Source: Candidatus Levyibacteriota bacterium (lineage in GTDB: Bacteria > Patescibacteriota > Microgenomatia > Levybacterales > UBA12049). From it: a stretch of DNA of 64,000 nucleotides. Numbering within the stretch: the first letter of the stretch is position 1; every line of letters begins with the position of its first letter. Under the pieces are notes generated by a model. That model saw nothing but the letters and a program-made list of their open reading frames with translations. It was not told where the DNA came from and did not search any database. Location of the stretch: positions 46,312-110,311 of the forward strand of contig JACPLF010000006.1 in NCBI GenBank assembly GCA_016186645.1. Reading direction: 5' to 3'. Positions 1 to 9,342 of the stretch are shown one piece after another. Position numbers and translations under genes: made by a program.

Positions 1-428
1 ATTTAGATAATCCCTGGAATAAAGACGTAGTGATTATAAGGGAGAAAATTAAATCAAACAAAAAAATTATTTGCCTGGGTTTTGTTTCCAACGAGGAGCT
101 CGTAGCCTTATACAATGCTGCGACTGTTTTTGCTATGCCATCCCTGTACGAAGGATTTGGCTTGCCAATACTTGAGGCTATGAGCTGTGGCTGTCCTGTT
201 GTGACATCCAAAGAAGGTTCAATTCCTGAAATCACTGGCGAGGCCACCCTGAGCGTAGACGCTTATCACGTTGGGAGCATTGCAAAGGGAATTAAAGACG
301 TATTTGATGACAAAGACTTGCAAGCTACACTGTCTGAAGAAGGAATAGAACAGTCAAAGAAGTTCAGCTGGGAAAAGACAGCCATAGAGACAATGTCCGT
401 ATACAGAAAAGTCACCCGCAAGCCTTAG
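1..428 (+). CDS. Glycosyltransferase family 1 (GT4-like), C-terminal part; 5' end lies outside the window
   Basis: Frame is open from nt 3. The EGFGLPILEAMSCGCPVVTS motif is typical of the GT4 C-terminal Rossmann domain. Confidence 0.8.
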   Translation, partial: LDNPWNKDVVIIREKIKSNKKIICLGFVSNEELVALYNAATVFAMPSLYEGFGLPILEAMSCGCPVVTSKEGSIPEITGEATLSVDAYHVGSIAKGIKDVFDDKDLQATLSEEGIEQSKKFSWEKTAIETMSVYRKVTRKP

Positions 429-468
429 ATTCTTTGCAAATGCAGGCCTTTTTTAATAGAATAATAGT

Positions 469-1041
469 ATGGATTTTATTACGCTTAGCAATCTTAGTAG
501 CACAAAATTAATCAAGGACACTTTGGTTCATCCTCTCAAAATCAACAGAGACGCATCAGGAATTCTGGTTGAGACGTTGAGAAAAGATTGGAAGAATATT
601 TATGGTCCAGGCCGTGAATTTGCAATGCAATATTACTCTGTAACAGATAGCGGTGTAGCTCGGGATGAAGATGTTTGGCATTATCATCCGACAGTCCAAG
701 AAGACAGATTCTTGGTGGTTCAAGGTGAGATTATTGTGGCCGTAGCAGATAAAAGGGAGGGTTCAAGTACGAATGGATTATTAAATCTTTTTTATATGCA
801 GGCAGATAAAGATCCTTATATATTGTTAGTTCCTAAAAAGACATTGCATACTTTTATGGTAGTTTCCAAAAAACCGGCAATAATACTTAACTATGCAACC
901 AAGCTTTATAATCCGGCCGAAGAGGGAAGAATACCTTTCGAAGAAGCAGGAGTAAAACTTGCGGATGAGGAATTATTTACATGGGAAAAAGCCAGAAGGG
1001 AATTTCCTAAATTCTACTCTTCTATAAATGCGCAACATTAA
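469..1041 (+). CDS. RmlC-like cupin, dTDP-4-dehydrorhamnose 3,5-epimerase family
   Basis: 190 aa. RGFxETLRxD-like start, a WHYH cupin His motif and a C-terminal YNPxxEGxIPF block, with spacing that fits RmlC. Confidence 0.55.
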   Translation: MDFITLSNLSSTKLIKDTLVHPLKINRDASGILVETLRKDWKNIYGPGREFAMQYYSVTDSGVARDEDVWHYHPTVQEDRFLVVQGEIIVAVADKREGSSTNGLLNLFYMQADKDPYILLVPKKTLHTFMVVSKKPAIILNYATKLYNPAEEGRIPFEEAGVKLADEELFTWEKARREFPKFYSSINAQH

Positions 1042-1768
1042 TTTTCTATCTGTTGTTATTCCTGCTTACAAGCAAGAAAAAACAATCTTAAAAGACATAA
1101 GAGATCTTGATGAGTCACTTAAAAGCCTGCCTTATAAGTATGAAATTATCGTAGTTGTGGATGGTTTTATAGACACAACTTTTGGAAAAGCAAAGCAAAT
1201 AGATAAAGAGCATATAAAAGTTTTCGGTTATGAGAAAAACGAAGGCAAAGGTCATGCGGTGAAGTATGGCATGCTGAAGGCAAAAGGTGACGTAATAGGT
1301 TTTGTAGATGCCGGAATGGACTTAAGCCCAACTGGAATTTCTATCCTTTTGGATTCTATGATGTGGCAGGATGCAGATATCATAGTAGGCAGCAAACTCC
1401 ATCCGGATTCAAGAGTAGATTATCCTTATTTTCGTAGAATTCTTTCCTGGGGTTACAGAACATTAACCCATTTATTATTTGGATTCAGCGTTCGCGATAC
1501 GCAGGTCGGGATGAAATTTTTTAAAAGAGAACTAGTTGAAAAAGTTTTCCCAAAACTGTTGGTTAAGGCTTTTGCTTTTGACGTTGAGATTTTGGCAGTT
1601 GCAAATTCGATGGGTTATAAAAAGATAATTGAGGGACCAGTTGAGCTCAATTTCAAAGGAGGAAGCAGTATAACATCGGGAAATTTTTGGATTATTGTAC
1701 TTCTTATGCTTTGGGATACAATGGCAGTTTTTTACAGACTAAAAATTCTTAACTATTATAAAAAATGA
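1028..1768 (+). CDS. Glycosyltransferase family 2
   Basis: N-terminal VVIPAYKQE...EIIVVVDG and a DAG (DxD-like) motif, GT-A fold signature. Confidence 0.85.
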   Translation: MRNINFLSVVIPAYKQEKTILKDIRDLDESLKSLPYKYEIIVVVDGFIDTTFGKAKQIDKEHIKVFGYEKNEGKGHAVKYGMLKAKGDVIGFVDAGMDLSPTGISILLDSMMWQDADIIVGSKLHPDSRVDYPYFRRILSWGYRTLTHLLFGFSVRDTQVGMKFFKRELVEKVFPKLLVKAFAFDVEILAVANSMGYKKIIEGPVELNFKGGSSITSGNFWIIVLLMLWDTMAVFYRLKILNYYKK

Positions 1769-3045
1769 AAAAAATAATTAAGTCTGCGATGAATCATCCG
1801 TTAGTTACCGGAAGCACAATTATTTTTTTTGGCTCAATGACAGCCAATATACTCAATTATCTCTTTAATTTAGGAATGGGAAGATTTCTCCTAGAGTCAG
1901 AGTATGGGACATTTATATCTTTAATATCAGTATTCAATATTTTCTCAGTTTTATCTACGACCGTAAACACTGTTTTTACAAAATTTTCAGCAGTATTGGT
2001 CGGCCAGAAAAAAGAGGAATTTATAGGCCAGCTTTTTATATCTGGCAGTTGGTGGATTGGAATAATAGCATTTTGCATTACGGGATTTATAATTATATTT
2101 TCTTATCATATCTCGCGTTTTCTTAATATTAACTCAACAATTTTGATAGACATTACTGCTCTTGCTCTTTTTTTCTCCTATTTATCTTTTGTTGGCAATG
2201 GAATTCTTCAGGGTCTTCTTAAATTCGGATATTACTCATTTATAAATATATTTTCTTCTTTGTCAAAGCTTATTTTGGGTCTTGGCTTTATTTTTTTAGG
2301 GTTTAAAGTTTTCGGAGCAATTAGTGCATTTTTCCTGTCTGCTTTGATTGGATATCTGTTGGTCTTTTTCCCCTTACGAAAATTTTTAAAAAATAGCGGA
2401 AAAAAAGATTTTCATTTCTCTAATTTACGGAAAAAACTTTCCCTATATGCACTTCCGGTTTTTTTAGCCAATATTGGGATGACGGCATTCATAACAATAG
2501 ATATTATTTTGGTAAAGCATTTTTTTGAACCAACGACAGCAGGACAATATGCGGCAATATCCACCATGGGCAGATCTATATTTTACGCAGTATCTCCGAT
2601 CGCCTTAGTCCTTTTTCCTTTAGTGGCACAGAGAAAAGAAAGAGGAGAAAATTTAACCGGAATTACGCTTTTGTCTTTATTTTTAATAGGAGTTCCATCT
2701 TTGTTTTTAAGCTTGTTTTATTTTACGTTCCCGGAATTTGTACGTACAATCTTTTATCCTTCTTTTAGCCAAATAATAAATCAATATCTGGGGCCATTCT
2801 CTCTATTTGTCTTATTCTATACACTCTCGTATGTCTTAAATATCTTTTATCTTTCCATTGGCAAAATAAGAGTATACATAATTACAATTTTGGCAGCATG
2901 CGCTGAGACTGCTTTGATATGGTTTTTGCACGATAGTGTTAGTCAGGTAATAAATATTCTAATTTTAAGTTCCTTTTTGTTGTTTTTATCATTGCTATTT
3001 TACTATCCGATCGCAACCAAAAAAACAAGACCTAATTCTATATGA
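1765..3045 (+). CDS. Polysaccharide or oligosaccharide flippase-like polytopic membrane protein (Wzx/MOP superfamily-like)
   Basis: 426 aa, about 12-14 hydrophobic segments, ATGA overlap with the upstream GT2. Confidence 0.6.
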   Translation: MKKIIKSAMNHPLVTGSTIIFFGSMTANILNYLFNLGMGRFLLESEYGTFISLISVFNIFSVLSTTVNTVFTKFSAVLVGQKKEEFIGQLFISGSWWIGIIAFCITGFIIIFSYHISRFLNINSTILIDITALALFFSYLSFVGNGILQGLLKFGYYSFINIFSSLSKLILGLGFIFLGFKVFGAISAFFLSALIGYLLVFFPLRKFLKNSGKKDFHFSNLRKKLSLYALPVFLANIGMTAFITIDIILVKHFFEPTTAGQYAAISTMGRSIFYAVSPIALVLFPLVAQRKERGENLTGITLLSLFLIGVPSLFLSLFYFTFPEFVRTIFYPSFSQIINQYLGPFSLFVLFYTLSYVLNIFYLSIGKIRVYIITILAACAETALIWFLHDSVSQVINILILSSFLLFLSLLFYYPIATKKTRPNSI

Positions 3046-4142
3046 ATATCCTTATTTTTAACTGGAGAGATATAAAACATCCTTTGGCTGGAGGAGCCGA
3101 GATCTCTCTTTTTGAACACGCAAAATATTGGGAGAAGAAAGGGGCAAGCGTCACGTGGTTTGCATCCTCATTTCCTAAAGGGAAAGAAAGAGAAGATGTG
3201 GAAGGAATAAAAATTATAAGAAAGGGTTCTCATTATTCTGTTCACTTTCTTGCATTTTTAAATTATCTGCAAGGTCGTCTGGGCAATCCCAGTATTGTTA
3301 TTGACAGTTTCCATTTTTTACCTTTTTTCACACCTCTTTATATCAAAAAAGCAAAAATAGTAGGACTAATAAACGAAGTTGCAGGAAGAGTTTGGTTCTC
3401 AAATATTATTTTTCCTTTGTCTTTGATTGGTTATTTAATTGAGTCATTATTTTTTGCTTTTTACAAAAATACAAAATTTATTACGAGCTCTGATTCAACA
3501 AGAGATGAGCTTATAAAGTTCGGAATCCTCAAAGAATTTGTAAACATAGTTCATCACGGTGTAACTGTAAAAAAAATAAAAAAAGATATTGTTAAGGAAA
3601 AAAATCCAACGATAATTTTCTTAGGACGTATATCAGAGGACAAGGGTATAAAAGATGCTCTTATGGCTTTCAGTGAATTGAAAGGTAAAATTAAAAACTG
3701 TAAGTTGTGGATTGCGGGTAGAGAAGAAAATGAGGGATATCTGGAAGGATTGATAAAAGGTGTTGGGCTTAACAAATTTAGATCTGAAATTATATATTTT
3801 GATTATGTTTCGGAGGAGAAAAAGTTCGAACTCTTGAAGAAGGCTTGGGTGTTGATTCATCCATCAAGAAAAGAAGGATGGGGCCTTAACGTTATCGAAG
3901 CTGCATCCCAAGGGACGCCTACTGTAGGTTATAACACAGAGGGCCTGAGAGACTCCATTGTAGATGACAAGACTGGTCTTTTGTCCGATCCCAATCCTAA
4001 ATCTTTGGCAGATAAAGCCTTTAAGCTTATTTCAGATAAGAGACTTTACTATAAGTTAGAATTGGGAGCAGAAGAATGGGCCAATAAGTTTAATTGGGAA
4101 GAAAGTAATAGGCAGAGTTGGGAAGTTATAAAAAATATATGA
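3042..4142 (+). CDS. Glycosyltransferase family 1 (GT4)
   Basis: EGWGLNVIEAASQGTPTVG...GLRD motif of the GT4 C-terminal domain. Confidence 0.85.
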   Translation: MNILIFNWRDIKHPLAGGAEISLFEHAKYWEKKGASVTWFASSFPKGKEREDVEGIKIIRKGSHYSVHFLAFLNYLQGRLGNPSIVIDSFHFLPFFTPLYIKKAKIVGLINEVAGRVWFSNIIFPLSLIGYLIESLFFAFYKNTKFITSSDSTRDELIKFGILKEFVNIVHHGVTVKKIKKDIVKEKNPTIIFLGRISEDKGIKDALMAFSELKGKIKNCKLWIAGREENEGYLEGLIKGVGLNKFRSEIIYFDYVSEEKKFELLKKAWVLIHPSRKEGWGLNVIEAASQGTPTVGYNTEGLRDSIVDDKTGLLSDPNPKSLADKAFKLISDKRLYYKLELGAEEWANKFNWEESNRQSWEVIKNI

Positions 4143-6127
4143 AAAACATTAAAAACTTTTTTAAATCTTACTGGATCGGGATTTTAATTGCTTTAACATT
4201 CTTTTTTGTGGGATTGAGCACTCTTTCTCATTACGGAATAAATATTGATGAGCCTATTCATTTTGAAAGAGGGAATGCTTATCTGGACCTTTTCCTAACA
4301 GGAAGAACAAAATATACGAATGCTGATTTTCAAAGCCCCAGAGTAAGTGAATGGAAATATAAGGGTTATGATGCAGATTATTTTATAAAAAATGACAGCG
4401 GTCATCCTCCGCTTAGCGGCATTTTAGCAGCCGCAACCAACAGAATTCTTTATGAGAAGTTAGGAGTAATGGATGACTTGGAAGCTTATCATGCATTTGA
4501 ATTATTCATTTCAGCTCTTCTTGTTTTTCTTGTTTTTGCCATGATTAAAAGAAGATATGGCACATTCGCAGGGACTATAGCATGCTTATCGATGGCTCTT
4601 TATCCTTTGTTTTATGGAGAGTCTCACTATAATATTAAGGATCCAATTGAGGCTTCATTTTTTGCTTTTACTCTTTATTTTTTATATCTTGGCGTAGAGA
4701 ATCTTAAAGCAAAATATTTTTTTATTTCAAGTTTTTTTTGTGCCCTAGCTTTTGGAACGAAATTCAATATAATCTTTCTGCCTTTCATAATCATTCCGTA
4801 TCTTTTTGTACGCTTTGGTTTTTCTTTAAATTTTAAAAAGATACCTAAAGGTGTTTATGTAAGCTTATTTTTGTATACAATTATTGTTTTAGTTATTCAT
4901 TTTCTCTCCAGACCCTTTCTGTGGCAGGATCCAATAAACCGTTTCCTATATATAATTGCGTATTATAAAAACATCGGAACAGGGACAAATTTTGAACCAA
5001 TGTTTCTCAAATATGGATGGAACACCTATCCAACATTTTTCGTTGGAATATCTACCCCCCTTGTTATCCTTATTTTATTTATTATTGGCGTATTAGTTGT
5101 CTTATTCAGGATAAAGAAAGAAAAAGATAAGTTCTCTTTCCTTCTACTTTTGTGGTTTGGAGTTACCATTCTTAGGGTTTCACTTCCTGGTACTTCAATA
5201 TATGGTGGAGTAAGGCAGATTATGGAATATATTCCTGCTATGGCAGGAATTGCTGGGTTGGGAGCCTTATATATTCGCGGTCTATTATTCAAGTTTATAA
5301 ATATCAAATTAGCCTCCATAATAATTTTTGCAGCATTTGTTCCTTTGATGGCAACTCTTGTGAGGTTACACCCAAATGAAAATTTATTTATAAATAGTTT
5401 GGTAGGAGGATTGAAGGGGGCAACTGAAAAAAAAATAATGGGAAACGCTTATCTGCAAGGGATATTGTGGCTGAACGAACATGCGGAACAAGGAGCTCGT
5501 TTTGGATTTCCTGTGGGACTTGGATCTAACTTTCCGCCTCAATTCGTACGCAAAGATATTAAATTTGGCGGCCATTTTTCAGGAATGAAACGAGGCGGAG
5601 AATATATGATAGAAATGTTTTCTGTTGAGTTTCCGATCCACAAGTATTCTTATGATTATTTGGATCGCTTTCTTATTCCAGTACATGTAAAGGCTGTAGA
5701 TGGAGTACCAATACTGAAAATTTGGAAAAACGATATAGCCCACACGAGGACTGGATTTGTAAATGAGATAGAGGAAGGAAGAATTTTAGTTGAAAAATCA
5801 GGAGACGGATTATCTTTCTCTGTAAAGCTCAAGGAGCCAGCATTTGTTACTAGAATTGAGATTAATTATAGCAATGATGATTGTACTCGCGAATTTAATG
5901 GAGATTTTAGTTACTCTTATGACGGAGATAAGGAGTATCTTTCTCCCGATGAATCTCCTTTAAATCAGGGTAGATACGTAATTTCCTTACAGACAGTTAA
6001 TAAGCTTGTTTATTTTTTCCCTGCTGTAAAAGCCAAGTGGGTATACGTTACGCCCCATGATTCAAACTCATGTTTGTTGAATGTTAAAAACGTGAGAATT
6101 TTTTCTTTGAAAGATATTAAGCCTTAA
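4139..6127 (+). CDS. GT-C-type integral membrane glycosyltransferase-like protein (paralog family A) with extracytoplasmic C-terminal beta-rich domain
   Basis: ATG at 4139 overlaps the upstream stop (ATGA); the track ORF starts earlier at a TTG at 4118. About 430 aa polytopic region followed by about 230 aa soluble domain. Paralogous to 7411..9334 and 42113..44191. Confidence 0.75.
   Translation: MKNIKNFFKSYWIGILIALTFFFVGLSTLSHYGINIDEPIHFERGNAYLDLFLTGRTKYTNADFQSPRVSEWKYKGYDADYFIKNDSGHPPLSGILAAATNRILYEKLGVMDDLEAYHAFELFISALLVFLVFAMIKRRYGTFAGTIACLSMALYPLFYGESHYNIKDPIEASFFAFTLYFLYLGVENLKAKYFFISSFFCALAFGTKFNIIFLPFIIIPYLFVRFGFSLNFKKIPKGVYVSLFLYTIIVLVIHFLSRPFLWQDPINRFLYIIAYYKNIGTGTNFEPMFLKYGWNTYPTFFVGISTPLVILILFIIGVLVVLFRIKKEKDKFSFLLLLWFGVTILRVSLPGTSIYGGVRQIMEYIPAMAGIAGLGALYIRGLLFKFINIKLASIIIFAAFVPLMATLVRLHPNENLFINSLVGGLKGATEKKIMGNAYLQGILWLNEHAEQGARFGFPVGLGSNFPPQFVRKDIKFGGHFSGMKRGGEYMIEMFSVEFPIHKYSYDYLDRFLIPVHVKAVDGVPILKIWKNDIAHTRTGFVNEIEEGRILVEKSGDGLSFSVKLKEPAFVTRIEINYSNDDCTREFNGDFSYSYDGDKEYLSPDESPLNQGRYVISLQTVNKLVYFFPAVKAKWVYVTPHDSNSCLLNVKNVRIFSLKDIKP
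5296..5436 (+). repeat. 141-nt tract identical to 8598..8738 in the downstream paralog, ending in an A9 homopolymer
   Basis: By eye the tracts match base for base, whereas flanking paralog sequence is only about 65-75% identical. Confidence 0.85.
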
Positions 6128-7361
6128 TGTTTGTGGAAAGCATTTTTTCTATGTGTGACTTCATTTTGTCGAAGCCAAAACGGCTTTTATATGTTTTGTA
6201 GGCATTTTCGCCCAGCCTTTTGCGAAGCGCCGGATTTTTTATCAGTTTTTCTAGAGCTTTCGCCAATGAAGCTTCGTTGCCGCTTTCTACGATTAATCCT
6301 GAAAAATTATCCTTAATATCTTCGGGTATACCATCGCAATTACTTACCACAAGTGTTTTACCGTAACTCATTGATTCCAAAACTGTTAATGCACTACTTC
6401 CCTGGCGCAGAGGAACAACAACTGTTATATCTGCCTCGGTTAAAATAGGGTTGATATCAGCTACAAAGCCTAAGAAAATGACTTTCTTGGTAATATTTAA
6501 TTTTTCCGCTAATTTTTTATTTAATTCATAAAACGATCCAGATCCAACTATTAAGCAGGTGATATTAGGATATTTCTGAGATAGTATTTTTATGGCATGA
6601 ATAATAAAATTTATACCTTTTCTTGGATCTTGTCTGCAAATAGAAACAATAAGAGGGCGAGAATATTTGGTTGTTTCTATGCTCTTGTCTCCTTCTCTTT
6701 TGAAAGTTTCTGCGTACCAAGGAAACATATGAATTTTTTTGTCTTCAACATTAAAGCCTTCTCTGATTATTTTTTTCGAGGAGTTGTAGTGTATTACTAC
6801 CAGATCGCAAAAATCCAAGGTTATTTTCTCAAATAGATTAAATACCCTCGCGACTATTTCATAGACAACTAAATATTTAATTTTAGGTATCAGTCCATAA
6901 TCTTTGACTCTTATTGCATCCAAGGCTCCTTTCATTTCATGACGAGTACTTGTGAAATAACTCGACATCATGGTCATATGAACATTTTTTTGAGGAAATA
7001 TCTTCAGAAAAGCACCCGGAAATGCCCATGGCCCCATTCCCCAAAGGATAAATTTAGCGATTTTCTTTTCTTTGACTATTCTTTTTATTTCTTTAGCAAA
7101 AATAAAGCTATAATAAGGAAGTCCTGCTAATGCTAGATGATGAAGAAATGGAAAAAGTTTCAGTAATTTTGTGTTCAAAATATGAATATCTCCATATTCT
7201 GTCTTTTCAACTCCTTGTTTTTTACCTATTGCTAGGGTGTGAACGGGGTAACCAAGGGAAGTTAGTGTGATTGCCAGAATTCGAGCGTATGCAGGGTACC
7301 CTCCGGGATCTTCTAGGGGAGATTTTCCGCTAATAATGAATACAGGTAGCTTAACTTTCAT
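6117..7361 (-). CDS. Glycosyltransferase family 1 (GT4)
   Basis: LESMSYGKTLVVSNCDGIPEDIKDNFSGLIV motif; 414 aa. Confidence 0.85.
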   Translation of the reverse strand: MKVKLPVFIISGKSPLEDPGGYPAYARILAITLTSLGYPVHTLAIGKKQGVEKTEYGDIHILNTKLLKLFPFLHHLALAGLPYYSFIFAKEIKRIVKEKKIAKFILWGMGPWAFPGAFLKIFPQKNVHMTMMSSYFTSTRHEMKGALDAIRVKDYGLIPKIKYLVVYEIVARVFNLFEKITLDFCDLVVIHYNSSKKIIREGFNVEDKKIHMFPWYAETFKREGDKSIETTKYSRPLIVSICRQDPRKGINFIIHAIKILSQKYPNITCLIVGSGSFYELNKKLAEKLNITKKVIFLGFVADINPILTEADITVVVPLRQGSSALTVLESMSYGKTLVVSNCDGIPEDIKDNFSGLIVESGNEASLAKALEKLIKNPALRKRLGENAYKTYKSRFGFDKMKSHIEKMLSTNIKA

Positions 7362-7372
7362 AGCTGATTATT

Positions 7373-7381
7373 GTGTTATAA
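7373..7381 (+). promoter_or_regulatory. Extended -10 promoter-like element TGTTATAAT in a divergent intergenic region
   Basis: TGnTATAAT match, 30 nt upstream of the ATG at 7411. The same 13-mer ATTGTGTTATAAT recurs at 54209..54221. Confidence 0.3.
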
Positions 7382-7410
7382 TGCAAATCTAGGGATGTTC
7401 TAAATTATAC

Positions 7411-9334
7411 ATGATTAAATCTTCTAAATCTACTAAATGGCTTGACAAAATTGGCTCTTTTTTGAAATTTTATTGGGTTGGAGTTTTAATTTCTTTGATA
7501 TTTTTTGTTGTAGGAATTATAACCCTTTCTCATTATGGAAATAACATAGATGAGCCAATGCATTTTGAAAAGGGAAATGCGTATCTCGACTTCTTCTTAA
7601 CCGGCAGAGAAAAATATACGGATGCCGATTTCACAAGTAAGCGTATCAGTGAATGGAAATATAGAGGATTTGATACGGCATTTTTCTTGAAGACCGATTG
7701 TTGCCATCCTTCTCTGAATGATATTCTGGCCGCTGGGACTAATAGAGTTCTTTATGGACAGTTTGGAATAATGGGTGATCTAGAATCGTATCATGTATTC
7801 GAATTATTTATCTCAACGCTTCTTATATTTCTAGTATTTGCAATGATTAGAAGGAGATACGGTATTTTTGCTGGAACGATAGCGTCTTTATCAATAGCCC
7901 TCTATCCTTTATTCTATGGAGAAGCTCGTTTTAATATTAAAGATCCTATTGAAGCTTCATTTTTCGCTTTTACTCTTTATTTCTTTTATTTAGGTGTTGA
8001 AAAAGCGAGAGCAAAATATTTTTTAATATCAAGTATATTTTGCGCCCTTGCTTTCGGAACTAAATTCAACATTATCTTTTTGCCATTCATAATTATTCCA
8101 TATCTCTTAGTACGTTTTGGTTTTAGTTTTAATTTTAAAAAAATACCCAAAAGAATTTATTTAAGTCTATTTATTTATCCGATTATAGTTTTGGGAGTCA
8201 ATTTTATCTTCAGACCTTATTTGTGGCAAGACCCCATTAATCGTTTCTTGAGTGTTGCCCAATATTATAAAGACATTGGGACAGGGACAGATTATCAGTC
8301 TGCATTTCTTAAATTTGGTTGGAATACGTATCCAACTTTTTTCGTTGGAATTTCTACGCCTCTTATTATTCTCGGATTATTTCTTGTCGGGGTGGTAATT
8401 GCTTTATTTAGAGTAAAACGTGAAAAAGATAAATTTTCCTTTCTTATACTTTTGTGGTTTGCAATTACTATTCTCAGAGTATCAATTCCAGGGACTTCAA
8501 TATATGGGGGAGTAAGACAGATTATGGAGTACGTTCCTGCCATGGCGGCAATTTCAGGATTAGGAGCTTTATACCTTAGAAGTCTCTTGTCCAGATATAT
8601 AAATATCAAATTAGCCTCCATAATAATTTTTGCAGCATTTGTTCCTTTGATGGCAACTCTTGTGAGGTTACACCCAAATGAAAATTTATTTATAAATAGT
8701 TTGGTAGGAGGATTGAAGGGGGCAACTGAAAAAAAAATCTAATTTTCCTCCTCAATTTTTACGTAAAGACATTAAATTTGGTGCAGTAATTTCCGGCATG
8801 AAGCGTAACGGAGAGTATATGATGGAAATGTTTTCTGTGGAATATCCCTCTTCCCGCTATAATATAGATTACCTGGAAAATCTCCTAGATCCTGTATATG
8901 TTTATTATGTTGATGGTGTGCCAATCCTGAAAGTTTGGAAGAACGACATCGTTCACACAAAACCAGCTTTCGCTCTCGAAGTGGAGCTTCATGATCTTAC
9001 TATAAGCGGAGGAGCTAAAGAGGGATTCATACTGCTTGAGCTTAAAAATCCAGCTAGCATATCTAGAATTGAAATAGATCATGATCGCAATTCTTGTAAA
9101 GACGAGAGCACTGGAAGAGTTATGTACTTATCCTTAGACGAAGAAGAAATTCTGCTGCCCGATGATCTCTTTAGATCTCAAAGTTTGTATCCATTATCTC
9201 TTCAAACCCCAACACATTTTGTCTATTTTTTAACAGGACAAAAAACAAAGCAAATTACAATAATTCCTGAAAATAAAAATCTTTGTTTGTTGCAATTCAG
9301 AGCAGTAAAAATATTTGGACTGGCAAGTAAGTGA
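7411..9334 (+). pseudogene. Family A GT-C paralog, currently split into 7411..8742 and 8798..9334 by an 89-nt deletion at an A9 tract; one A fewer would restore a single ORF
   Basis: Both fragments align to the 4139..6127 protein. The stop falls immediately after the A9 tract, and the downstream fragment frame reads through upstream (KKSNFPPQFLRKDIKFG...) if the tract were A8. Confidence 0.7.
8729..8737 (+). repeat. Poly(A)9 homopolymer at the frameshift point of the split paralog
   Basis: Read directly: gaaaaaaaaat. Confidence 0.9.
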
Positions 9335-9342
9335 TTTGATGT

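Noticed and set aside
431-460. Possible terminator after the first GT4 gene (AGGCCT followed by T-run)
   Set aside because: AGGCCT is a 6-bp palindrome with no loop and cannot form a meaningful hairpin.
4118-4138. TTG-initiated N-terminal extensions in the ORF track (also at 30497, 31914, 44207, 56363)
   Set aside because: In each case an in-frame ATG sits at or just after the upstream stop codon (ATGA/TAATG geometry). The shorter ATG start is more plausible.
5026-5319. Antisense ORF (97 aa) with a similar antisense ORF at 8295..8621 in the paralog
   Set aside because: Both lie opposite the conserved TM core of the family A paralogs. Their similarity follows from the sense-strand paralogy, and the AT-rich antisense sequence has few stops by chance.
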